A DNA stretch of 64,000 nt, from positions 73,260 to 137,259 of the forward strand of contig JAKLIQ010000004.1 of assembly GCA_022709525.1 (NCBI GenBank), written 5' to 3'. Positions 29,270 through 37,760 of this stretch are shown piece by piece. Positions within the stretch are counted from its first letter, which is position 1; the number at the start of each line of letters is the position of its first letter. Both the position numbers and the translations under genes were made by a program. The DNA comes from Candidatus Omnitrophota bacterium (GTDB lineage: Bacteria; Omnitrophota; Omnitrophia; Omnitrophales; Aquincolibacteriaceae). The notes beneath the pieces were generated by a model that worked only from the letters and a program-made list of their open reading frames with translations, ran no database searches and was not told where the DNA came from.

Positions 29270-31066
29270 ATGGACCAATTTGCCGCGTTTGTTCATGTTG
29301 TATGGATTGTCGCTCTCGGAAATTTCTGGGGCCAACGGATCCTTGTTTGGGCAAAGTATAAGTTTGATTCCGAACTCGAACGAACTGCTTTTGGTTTTGC
29401 GGCCGGATTCGGCTCTTTTGGCCTTCTCTTGGCGATCCTCGGCTCCTTGGGTTTCTTTTCCGCTTCGGCTTGTTATTTATTTTTCATCTCTCTGACCGTT
29501 CTTCTTTTTTTTGGCTGGAAAGACCTACCCCCCTGGAACCCAAGGTTGATTTTTGAAGCATTACAAAAAAGCCCGCTTCTTTGGGCGCTAAGCGCTGTGC
29601 TGGCTCTAGCCATCATTCAATCCATGACCCCTTCAACTGCTCATGACGCGCTTGCTTACCAGCTTGAAATACCAAAACGCTTTGCACTGGCTCATCGTAT
29701 TTGCTATGTGCCATACGGCGTCAATTCCGTATTCCCGCTACTCATGAACATGTTCTATGTTCTTTCATTGCTTTGGGACGGAACCCGCATGGCAAATCTG
29801 TTCCATTGCGTGACCGGCCTTGGCATCGTTATCGGATTACTTGCGATCGAGAGAAGATTCATTCCAAAGTCTTGGCTCGGAATAAGCGCTTTGATTTTCG
29901 CGTTGACCCCCGGTATTTTTGGTCAAATGTCACTGGCCTACACCGATGTCGCTTTGAGTTTTTTTATTTTCTTTGTTTTTTATTCGATTTTAAAATGGCA
30001 GGAAACCGCGGATCTGAAATGGTTCGTTCTGGCTGGCATCTACTTGGGCTTTGCCTTCGGAGTAAAATACCTTGCGGCGCTCGCCGCAATTTCGGTTACG
30101 GCGTATTTGATTGTCCTTGCGTCTTTAAGGAAAATAAAACTAGGGCCAGCGCTTGCGGGGCTTTTTTTGATGGCTTCCATTTCCTTCTTGATCGGATTCG
30201 CTTGGTATTTTCGTTCTTTTCTCTACGAAGGAAGCTTTCTTTACTTTGGAGAAAAAGGCTACATCGCCAAAAATCTGGGATATCTCAATTCATTTGCGCT
30301 TCCTTGGTCGATGACAATGCATCCACAATACTTTGGAGGCTCGTGGACGCGGCTTGGCATCATATTCCTAGCTTTTTTGCCCGGTTTGTTTCTGATTCGA
30401 AAGAAACCGGCGGCCGCTAACACTTTTCTTTTTTGGGGGATCATTTATTTTTGCTTGTGGACCCTTCTACCGAGACAGAATCTTCGCTTCCTTTTTCCGG
30501 TCTGCGCGCTGTGGTCGTTACCCATCGGCCATCTGATCGCATCCGGTTTTCCTGAGAAATGGCTCACGAAATGGTCCCGAATTTTTATTTTTGCCATTCT
30601 TATAATCGAGGCGGGTGCAGCTTTTTATCACGGAAGGAACAGCTACCGGGTCGCCCTGGGATTAGAGACTGAGGAGGATTATTTAAAACGAACGGAGCGA
30701 ACTTATGCGGTTGCTCAATTTGTGAACACGAATCTCCCTGAAAATGCAAAGATTCTAAATGCTTACGAGGTCCGGATGTTCCATTTTCGGCCGGAAGTGA
30801 TACGTGAGCCGGAATTTCGCCAAAAAACACACTACGACACTCGCTTCGCAACTTCCGAAGAAACCGTCGATTTTTTAAAACGTGCCGGCATCACCCATGT
30901 TTTGATCGCCCCGAGCGATGCTGCGGAGAAGCAAATCTTTCCGCCAAGAAATATCCGCCAACTTGTTTCCGATGCTCAAGTCGGGAAGAGCCGCTTTAAG
31001 GAGCTCTATCGAGAACCTTCCCAAAAAGATTCCGAATCAGGATATACGGTCCTGAGCCTTATATAA
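29270..31066 (+). CDS. GT-C fold membrane glycosyltransferase (PMT_2/ArnT family)
   Basis: Polytopic membrane protein with a STAHDALAYQLEIPKRF acidic-loop motif and a C-terminal soluble domain. Confidence 0.7.
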   Translation: MDQFAAFVHVVWIVALGNFWGQRILVWAKYKFDSELERTAFGFAAGFGSFGLLLAILGSLGFFSASACYLFFISLTVLLFFGWKDLPPWNPRLIFEALQKSPLLWALSAVLALAIIQSMTPSTAHDALAYQLEIPKRFALAHRICYVPYGVNSVFPLLMNMFYVLSLLWDGTRMANLFHCVTGLGIVIGLLAIERRFIPKSWLGISALIFALTPGIFGQMSLAYTDVALSFFIFFVFYSILKWQETADLKWFVLAGIYLGFAFGVKYLAALAAISVTAYLIVLASLRKIKLGPALAGLFLMASISFLIGFAWYFRSFLYEGSFLYFGEKGYIAKNLGYLNSFALPWSMTMHPQYFGGSWTRLGIIFLAFLPGLFLIRKKPAAANTFLFWGIIYFCLWTLLPRQNLRFLFPVCALWSLPIGHLIASGFPEKWLTKWSRIFIFAILIIEAGAAFYHGRNSYRVALGLETEEDYLKRTERTYAVAQFVNTNLPENAKILNAYEVRMFHFRPEVIREPEFRQKTHYDTRFATSEETVDFLKRAGITHVLIAPSDAAEKQIFPPRNIRQLVSDAQVGKSRFKELYREPSQKDSESGYTVLSLI

Positions 31067-31112
31067 TCCTTGAGCTTTGCTCCTTTTTTGTTTTTGTTTG
31101 ATTTCAAGGATT
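31065..31112 (+). terminator. Terminator-like structure: 9-bp inverted repeat AATCCTTGA/TCAAGGATT enclosing a GAGC-TTT-GCTC hairpin plus T-tract
   Basis: Read directly, immediately after the GT-C stop codon and before the phosphoramidate module. Confidence 0.4.
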
Positions 31113-31169
31113 CTCCAGAGTACGCTATTCGCTCAAATGTCTTATTTTGAATCATTAAGAGGATTTTGC

Positions 31170-33518
31170 ATGGTCACGGAATTAATGGGAACAAAAGCTG
31201 AGACTCTGGAGCGAATCGCTTCGCTTTTGACGAGATCGATCGTACAACCTGTCTGCAAATTTACCGTGAGTGAATGGCGTTCGGATGAGAGCGGGTGCCT
31301 CGCTCGCATTCAAAGCCATTTTGCCCATCAGCCTGGTCCTTTTATCGTCCGTTCTTCTGCGATCGAAGAGGATCTGGCCAACCTTTCGAACGCCGGAAAA
31401 TTCACTTCGATCGCAGGGGTCGAGCTAAAAGATCGGTCCAAACTTCGACATGCTATTCAATCAGTAATCGCCTCCTACGGAGAGCTTTCTTCGGGACAAA
31501 ACCAGTTCTTCCTCCAACCCATGGTCAAAGATGTTGCTATAAGCGGCGTTGTTTTCACCCGCGATCTTGACACGCTGTCACCGTACTACATTATCAATTA
31601 CGACGACGCTTCCCATCGCACTGACAGCGTGACATCAGGCAGATCGAATAAACTTAAAACTTTTGTAAAGTTCCGGAATTTCAAGACAAAGAATAGAAAA
31701 TTCGAAAAACTTATGGAGGCAATCGCGGAAGTTGAAACGGTCTGCAAAAGCGACTGTCTTGACATCGAATTCGCCATTGAAAAGACAGGGCAGATCCATC
31801 TTTTGCAGGTTCGGCCTATCGTAACTCGAGGCCGGACACTTCCTAAAGTATTCATGGTTGGTCATTATCTGCACAAGATCTTCATGAAAATCGACCATAT
31901 TAATGCGCCTCACCCCTATCTTCACGGCTGGCGCACCTTTTTAGGCGTTATGCCGGATTGGAATCCGGCCGAGATGATCGGTGTAAAACCGCGGCCTTTA
32001 GCGCTTTCTCTCTATAAGGAGTTGATCACCGATAAGACGTGGTCCTACCAACGTGATGACTACGGTTATCGAAATGTCCGTTCTTACCCGCTTCTGGTGA
32101 CGCTGATCGGTCATCCTTATATCGATGTGCGGGTCAGTTTCAATTCATTCATACCCAAAGGGATCGATGAAGAATTGGCGTCGCGCTTGGCAAATTATTT
32201 CTTGACAAAGCTGCAGGATTCTCCGGCCAGCCATGACAAAGTGGAATTTGATGTTGTTTTTTCCTGCTTCTTTCTCAATCTTGAAGACAAGCTTCAAGGG
32301 CTCAAAAAAAATGGTTTTACGGAAAGCGACCTCAAAAAAATCAAGGACGCGCTGATTGAATTAACCAACAACATTCTGACCCATCATAATGGGATTTTTG
32401 CCAACGATCTCAATAAGATCACCGAATTAGAGGAAAGGCAGCAAAAAGTCCTGACGTCTTCATTGAACCCGATTGAAAAAATTTACTGGCTTTTGGAAGA
32501 TTGCCGCCGTTACGGTACGCTTCCATTCGCCGGGTTGGCGCGGGCAGGATTTGTCGCCGTTCAATTCCTCCGTTCCATGGTTGAAACGAAAGTGATTTCC
32601 CGCGAAGATTTTGATGACTTCATGGCGTCGCTTGATACGATCGCAAAGCAAATGGCGCGGGATCGCAGCGCGCTTTCAAAAGAAAAATTTCTCGCCCGCT
32701 ATGGGCACCTCCGTCCCGGAACTTATGATATCCTCTCCTTAAACTACCGCGAAGGTTATGACCTCTACTTTTCAAATCAGCCTCTTCCCCAGGATCCTCC
32801 TGCTAAGAAAGATTTCCGCTTCAAAGATTCTCAACTCCGAACCCTTGATCTTCTTCTTAAAAAAGAGGGGATTCAAGTAAGCGCTGAGGATCTCATTACT
32901 TTCTTAAGGCAAGCCATCGAGGGAAGAGAATACTCGAAATTCGTTTTTACTAAAAGCGTGAGCGAAATCTTAGGGCTTGTAAAAGAATTGGCGGCCTTTT
33001 ACGAACTCACCCCCGAAGACGCTTCTTTCATTGATATCAAAACCATCTTGCATTTGTATGCAACGCTCGACCATCGCGATCTCTCCTGCATCTTGGCCGA
33101 AGAAATCGAGCGCAACCGCAGTTTCTATGAAATCACCAAATTGATCAAATTGCCGGCATTTATCGTTGAACCTGATAATGCTTTTGAATTCGAACTTGAA
33201 GAGGGAAAACCCAACTACATTACCTTGGGGCGCGCTCGTGGAGAGACGATACTGGAAGAAAATATTTTGACGAGCAATCTCGACGGCAAAGTCGTTCTTA
33301 TCCCAAGCGCTGACCCGGGATATGACTGGATATTCACGCGCCCGCTGGCCGGACTTATTACGATGTACGGAGGCGCTAATTCCCATATGGCCATCCGCGC
33401 GGCTGAACTGCGCATCCCGTCCGTCATCGGTGCCGGTGAAAAAAATTATTCCGAATGGTCCCGCGCCAAATACCTTGAGATTGATTGCGCTAATCAACAA
33501 GTAACGGTGCTCCGATGA
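31170..33518 (+). CDS. PEP-utilising-enzyme-family ATP-dependent kinase (ATP-grasp N-domain plus C-terminal phosphohistidine mobile domain); candidate L-glutamine kinase (Cj1418-like)
   Basis: C-terminal GGANSHMAIRAAELRIPSVIGAG phosphohistidine motif and a PPDK_N-like N-terminus. The ATG at 31170 has an AAGAGGA site upstream; the longer track ORF would run into the terminator. Confidence 0.65.
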   Translation: MVTELMGTKAETLERIASLLTRSIVQPVCKFTVSEWRSDESGCLARIQSHFAHQPGPFIVRSSAIEEDLANLSNAGKFTSIAGVELKDRSKLRHAIQSVIASYGELSSGQNQFFLQPMVKDVAISGVVFTRDLDTLSPYYIINYDDASHRTDSVTSGRSNKLKTFVKFRNFKTKNRKFEKLMEAIAEVETVCKSDCLDIEFAIEKTGQIHLLQVRPIVTRGRTLPKVFMVGHYLHKIFMKIDHINAPHPYLHGWRTFLGVMPDWNPAEMIGVKPRPLALSLYKELITDKTWSYQRDDYGYRNVRSYPLLVTLIGHPYIDVRVSFNSFIPKGIDEELASRLANYFLTKLQDSPASHDKVEFDVVFSCFFLNLEDKLQGLKKNGFTESDLKKIKDALIELTNNILTHHNGIFANDLNKITELEERQQKVLTSSLNPIEKIYWLLEDCRRYGTLPFAGLARAGFVAVQFLRSMVETKVISREDFDDFMASLDTIAKQMARDRSALSKEKFLARYGHLRPGTYDILSLNYREGYDLYFSNQPLPQDPPAKKDFRFKDSQLRTLDLLLKKEGIQVSAEDLITFLRQAIEGREYSKFVFTKSVSEILGLVKELAAFYELTPEDASFIDIKTILHLYATLDHRDLSCILAEEIERNRSFYEITKLIKLPAFIVEPDNAFEFELEEGKPNYITLGRARGETILEENILTSNLDGKVVLIPSADPGYDWIFTRPLAGLITMYGGANSHMAIRAAELRIPSVIGAGEKNYSEWSRAKYLEIDCANQQVTVLR

Positions 33519-34150
33519 AAAAAATCCTCTTAAGCCAACGTTTAATTCAAAATCCAAGTTATCCTGAGATTCGGGAAGCGCTCGACATCCAATGGGGCGC
33601 ATTTCTTTCTAAATGCGGTCTGCTTCCGATCGCATTATCATTCAAAGCCCCGCTTGACGAATATTTCCGTTTGATCAAGCCGGATGGGGTCCTTTTAACG
33701 GGAGGGAACGATCTTGCTTCGCTCAATCCCACGGATCCATTATGCAAGATGCGCGATGAGTTCGAAAGTCGGTTGATCGAGATTGCCGTAAAATCCAAGA
33801 TCCCTCTGCTGGGAGTTTGCCGTGGGGCGCAAATGGTCGCTCATTTCTTTGGATCAACCTTTAAAAAGCGGGATGGCCATGTCGGCATCAACCATCGGGT
33901 GCGTTTCCAAGGACGCGGGATCTTCGAAGCAAACTATTCCCAAAAGACTTTGGTCAATTCGTACCACGGTTTTTGCATTCAAAGCACCGGCAAAGAACTT
34001 CTGACTGAAGGGATTGTGGAGACCGATCAGACCGTGGAAGCCTTTTCTCATAAATCACTTCCGATCTTTGGTATGATGTGGCATCCAGAACGCGTCGACC
34101 CGTTTTTAGTTTCCGATATTTCTTTTTTTAAAAAAATCTTTAAAGCTTAA
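33515..34150 (+). CDS. Class I glutamine amidotransferase-like / peptidase C26 hydrolase; candidate gamma-glutamyl-CDP-amidate hydrolase (Cj1417-like)
   Basis: Cys nucleophile (GVCRGAQM) and His (MWHPER) motifs. 211 aa. ATGA overlap with the upstream kinase. Confidence 0.7.
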   Translation: MKKILLSQRLIQNPSYPEIREALDIQWGAFLSKCGLLPIALSFKAPLDEYFRLIKPDGVLLTGGNDLASLNPTDPLCKMRDEFESRLIEIAVKSKIPLLGVCRGAQMVAHFFGSTFKKRDGHVGINHRVRFQGRGIFEANYSQKTLVNSYHGFCIQSTGKELLTEGIVETDQTVEAFSHKSLPIFGMMWHPERVDPFLVSDISFFKKIFKA

Positions 34151-34158
34151 GGGGTTCC

Positions 34159-34893
34159 ATGCGAGCAATCATATTGGCGGCGGGGGAAGGACAACGCCTT
34201 CGCCCCTTAACACTTGATCGGCCTAAATGCCTTGTGGAATATCAAGGAAAACCGATCATTGATTACCAGATCGACACCATGCGCTCCTGCGGCATCAAAG
34301 ATATCGTTTTGATCAAAGGCTATAAACAGGAAACCCTCCAGCGCCCTAAAGTCCGCTATGTGATCAATCCCGAATATGCAACGACCAATATGGTGGCGAC
34401 TTTATTTTGCGCCGAATCTTATTTTGACGATGATCTTTTGATCAGCTATGGCGATATTCTTTATGGCCGGTCGATCCTGGAACCGGTGCTTGCTTCCAAT
34501 GAGGATTTTGCCGTAGCGGTATCAATGAATTGGAAAGAGCTTTGGCTCAAACGCATGGATGACCCTCTGAAGGATGCCGAGACCATGAAACTCGATGACC
34601 GCGGATTCATCCGGGAGTTGGGCAAAAAACCAAAATCCTACGATGAGATCCAAGGTCAATACATGGGGCTTTTTAAGATCAAGAAAAAAATGCTTCCAAA
34701 GGTCAGAGCTGCTTATCATGATGCAGACAAAAATGCGGTTTATGACGGTAAAAATTATCGGAATATGTTCATGACGAGTTTTATTCAGCTGATGATCGAT
34801 AAAGGTTTTCCGGTCAAAGCCGTCCAAGTCACGGGGGAGTGGCTTGAGATCGATCATCTGGAAGATCTTAAAGTTTCCTGCAAATTCGACTGA
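34159..34893 (+). CDS. LicC-like nucleotidyltransferase; candidate CTP:phosphoglutamine cytidylyltransferase (Cj1416-like)
   Basis: MRAIILAAGEGQRLRPLT nucleotidyltransferase signature. 244 aa. Confidence 0.7.
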   Translation: MRAIILAAGEGQRLRPLTLDRPKCLVEYQGKPIIDYQIDTMRSCGIKDIVLIKGYKQETLQRPKVRYVINPEYATTNMVATLFCAESYFDDDLLISYGDILYGRSILEPVLASNEDFAVAVSMNWKELWLKRMDDPLKDAETMKLDDRGFIRELGKKPKSYDEIQGQYMGLFKIKKKMLPKVRAAYHDADKNAVYDGKNYRNMFMTSFIQLMIDKGFPVKAVQVTGEWLEIDHLEDLKVSCKFD

Positions 34894-34955
34894 ATGCCAA
34901 TCTTTTTAATGCCATTTTATTTGATAATTTTTGTATACTATCGGCCTGAAAACCT

Positions 34956-35681
34956 ATGAAAACTAACGCAAAAACCCAAGTGGTTGCGATCGATGGACCG
35001 TCTTACGTGGGGAAGAGCACCATCTCCAGAGAGTTGGCCGACCGGATGGGGTTCCTTTATGTCAACACCGGACACATGTATCGTGCGATCGGCCGCATCG
35101 CGATCGAAAACAAGATCGACCCCAAAGATGAGACTGCTATTGTCAAAATCGCAAAAACGACCGATTTTAAATTTTTCAGCGGCAAAGGTTTCTGCGGCAC
35201 TGTTGTCAACGGCAAAGACTGGACGCGGGAGCTGGACCATCAAGATATCGTCTTTTTCGCCTCGCGGATCTCGGTCATCCGGGAATTAAGGGATATCCTC
35301 ACAGCTAAACAGCGGGAGTTCTCGCAAGAACATCCAATCGTTATGGAGGGGCGCGACATCGGTACCATTGTGTTCCCTGATGCCATGTGGAAGTTTTACA
35401 TCACCGCTTCCGTTGAGATCCGGGCCTGGCGCATGTTCAAGATAATGACGGAGGAAGAAAAGAAGAAATGCCCTGACTATCACGTCTTGATCCCCAAGAT
35501 CGAAAAACTGGATGAGATCGACCGTAATCGTGAAATCGCCCCCTTGAAACTTGCTGCCGACGCCGTAATCTATGACAATTCAGACAGCCCGACGGAAGTC
35601 CAGGATGCGATCATCCTGCAATATTACATGAATCACAGAGATGAGATCTGTCGAAACTCAGCTCTTCTGAAAAACAAGTAA
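34956..35681 (+). CDS. cmk: Cytidylate kinase-family P-loop kinase
   Basis: IDGPSYVGKST P-loop, NTGHMYRA and GRDIGTIVFPDA motifs; the last closely matches E. coli Cmk (GRDMGTVVFPDA). Confidence 0.8.
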   Translation: MKTNAKTQVVAIDGPSYVGKSTISRELADRMGFLYVNTGHMYRAIGRIAIENKIDPKDETAIVKIAKTTDFKFFSGKGFCGTVVNGKDWTRELDHQDIVFFASRISVIRELRDILTAKQREFSQEHPIVMEGRDIGTIVFPDAMWKFYITASVEIRAWRMFKIMTEEEKKKCPDYHVLIPKIEKLDEIDRNREIAPLKLAADAVIYDNSDSPTEVQDAIILQYYMNHRDEICRNSALLKNK

Positions 35682-35698
35682 ATCGGAAGGGTAAGGCC

Positions 35699-36577
35699 TT
35701 GGAGACTATCGCGGAATTAAGAAAGATCTGCCAAACAACCGCAAAAAAGGACGTTTCAAATGTTTACATGCGGTATGTTTCCCGTTTTTTTTCCATCTAT
35801 CTGACGCGGCTTATCCTTCCTTATCCGGTCACTCCCAATCAGGTCAGTTTCGCCATGATCGTTACCGGAGTGATTGCGACATTCTTTTTCTTAAACCCCT
35901 CAAACCTGATCTTTTTGACCGGCGCACTGCTTCTGCAGCTTTGGTACATCATCGATTGCATGGACGGGGAAGTGGCGCGATACCGACAATACCAGCAAAA
36001 AAAGATCGTTGTTACCGATAAACGGCAATCCGGCATGTCGGGAAAATATTATGACGTGATCAATCACTATATTATCAACCTGCTTGTTCCTGCCATGATC
36101 GGCGTCGGTCTGTTCGAACAAACTGCTAATAAATTCTACATCGTCCTTGGGATTTTCGGCGCCCTTGGGCAGGTACTCACGCTTGCCATGCATGACGGCG
36201 GACATCGAATCACGATCGATAAGCTTATGAAATTCCGCTCGGTTCGAATTTCGGGCGAAATGAGCGGAGATCCTGAAAATCCCATCGATAACTCGAAAGA
36301 GAAACGTAGCCTGGCGCATTGGGCATTCATGATCGTCCATTACACCACAACATATCCGACCGTCATGAACCTCGTTTTGATCGCGGCAATCTTTGAAATC
36401 TTACTGCCGGGCTGGAATTGGCGGATCTCGCTTTTATGGTACCTAACCGCCGCATCCCTCCTTGTCTCGGCGACGATCATCACACGAACGATTGGCCAGA
36501 ATATCTTGGACCGGGAATTTCAAAAGAATTTTCAAGAGATCGAATCTGATGACCCTTCAGGGCCCTCCGGGTCCTGA
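35699..36577 (+). CDS. CDP-alcohol phosphatidyltransferase-family membrane protein (divergent motif)
   Basis: DCMDGEVAR matches D-x2-D-G-x2-A-R. The second half of the motif is divergent (insertion; G-x3-D-x3-H). About 6-8 transmembrane helices. TTG start with a GGAAGGG site upstream; an alternative ATG lies at 35768. Confidence 0.55.
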   Translation: METIAELRKICQTTAKKDVSNVYMRYVSRFFSIYLTRLILPYPVTPNQVSFAMIVTGVIATFFFLNPSNLIFLTGALLLQLWYIIDCMDGEVARYRQYQQKKIVVTDKRQSGMSGKYYDVINHYIINLLVPAMIGVGLFEQTANKFYIVLGIFGALGQVLTLAMHDGGHRITIDKLMKFRSVRISGEMSGDPENPIDNSKEKRSLAHWAFMIVHYTTTYPTVMNLVLIAAIFEILLPGWNWRISLLWYLTAASLLVSATIITRTIGQNILDREFQKNFQEIESDDPSGPSGS

Positions 36578-36616
36578 AGGATGGCTATTTTGCCCTTTCC
36601 CTTAAAACCCTCACGC

Positions 36617-36645
36617 TTGCACTGGATGCCATGTTGCTTTATAAT
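36617..36645 (+). promoter_or_regulatory. Near-consensus sigma70 promoter, TTGCAC-17 nt-TATAAT, directed at the epimerase/heptose genes
   Basis: Hexamers read directly, within a 192-nt intergenic region. Leaves a ~118-nt leader before the ATG at 36770. Confidence 0.55.
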
Positions 36646-36769
36646 CCATCCGGTCCGCGTCTGGCACTTGCCTTGGAAGGTGTTCATTTGATTGCGGTTA
36701 CAGCGTTTTCCTTCCGAATGGTTATTTTCAGATACCAATATGATTCATTAACGGAGAAAGCGATTATTT

Positions 36770-37759
36770 ATGATTAATGCGATGGTGACAGGCGGCGCCG
36801 GTTTTATTGGAAGCCACTTGACCGAATTATTGATCCGCGAGGGGTGTCGCGTAACGGTCCTTGATAATTTTTCGACCGGACGGCGGCAAAATCTGCGATC
36901 TCTAGAAAAAACAAAGAACCTGACCATTCACAAGGCGGATATAAGCCGGTTTGACGCTATTAAGACCCTTTTTAAGGGAGTCGATTATGTGTTCCATCTT
37001 GCGGCCTTAGCGGATATTGTGCCCTCGATCGAAAGGCCGTTAGATTATTACAAGTCTAACGTCAGCGGTACGGTTTCCGTGCTTGAAGCAAGCCGGCGGG
37101 CCGGCGTGAAGCGGTTCCTTTATGCCGCATCTTCTTCATGTTACGGTATTGCGCGGGAATATCCGACCAAAGAGACCGCTGAGATCCGTCCCGAATATCC
37201 TTACGCTCTGACAAAAAATCTCGGTGAACAATGCGCGATGCATTGGAGCAAAGTCTACGGTCTTCCAACCGTATCGCTTCGTCTCTTTAATGTCTATGGG
37301 CCAAGAGCGCGCACTTCTGGAACTTATGGCGCTGTCTTCGGCGTTTTTTTAGCTCAAATGCTTCACAAGAAACCTTTTACGGTAGTCGGGGATGGAACTC
37401 AAACAAGGGATTTTGTTTTTGTAACCGATGTCGCAAAAGCGTTTTGGAAAGCCGCCAATGCCGATATTTCGGGCGAGATCTTCAATATTGGCTCCGGATC
37501 TCCGGTCAGTGTTAATCGGATCACCGAAATCCTTGGAGGTGATGTCGTTTTTGTTCCCAAGCGGCCAGGAGAACCGGATGTGACGCATGCAGATATCACA
37601 AAGGCGAGAAAGGTTCTCGGATGGGAGCCGGTCATAAAGATCGAGGAAGGAATCCAGACGTTGAAAAAAAATATTAATGATTTTAAAAATGCGCCGGTTT
37701 GGACTCCGGACTCAATAAAAGAGGCTACAAAAACGTGGTTCGCTTATTTGAAAGGCTAA
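36770..37759 (+). CDS. NAD-dependent epimerase/dehydratase-family protein (UDP-sugar 4-epimerase-like)
   Basis: VTGGAGFIGSH Rossmann motif and YxxxK. 329 aa, extended SDR fold. Confidence 0.85.
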   Translation: MINAMVTGGAGFIGSHLTELLIREGCRVTVLDNFSTGRRQNLRSLEKTKNLTIHKADISRFDAIKTLFKGVDYVFHLAALADIVPSIERPLDYYKSNVSGTVSVLEASRRAGVKRFLYAASSSCYGIAREYPTKETAEIRPEYPYALTKNLGEQCAMHWSKVYGLPTVSLRLFNVYGPRARTSGTYGAVFGVFLAQMLHKKPFTVVGDGTQTRDFVFVTDVAKAFWKAANADISGEIFNIGSGSPVSVNRITEILGGDVVFVPKRPGEPDVTHADITKARKVLGWEPVIKIEEGIQTLKKNINDFKNAPVWTPDSIKEATKTWFAYLKG

Positions 37760-37760
37760 C

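Noticed and set aside
36532-36738. 68-aa minus-strand ORF spanning the intergenic promoter region.
   Set aside because: It overlaps the predicted sigma70 promoter and leader and is Cys/Gly-rich with low complexity. Probably spurious.
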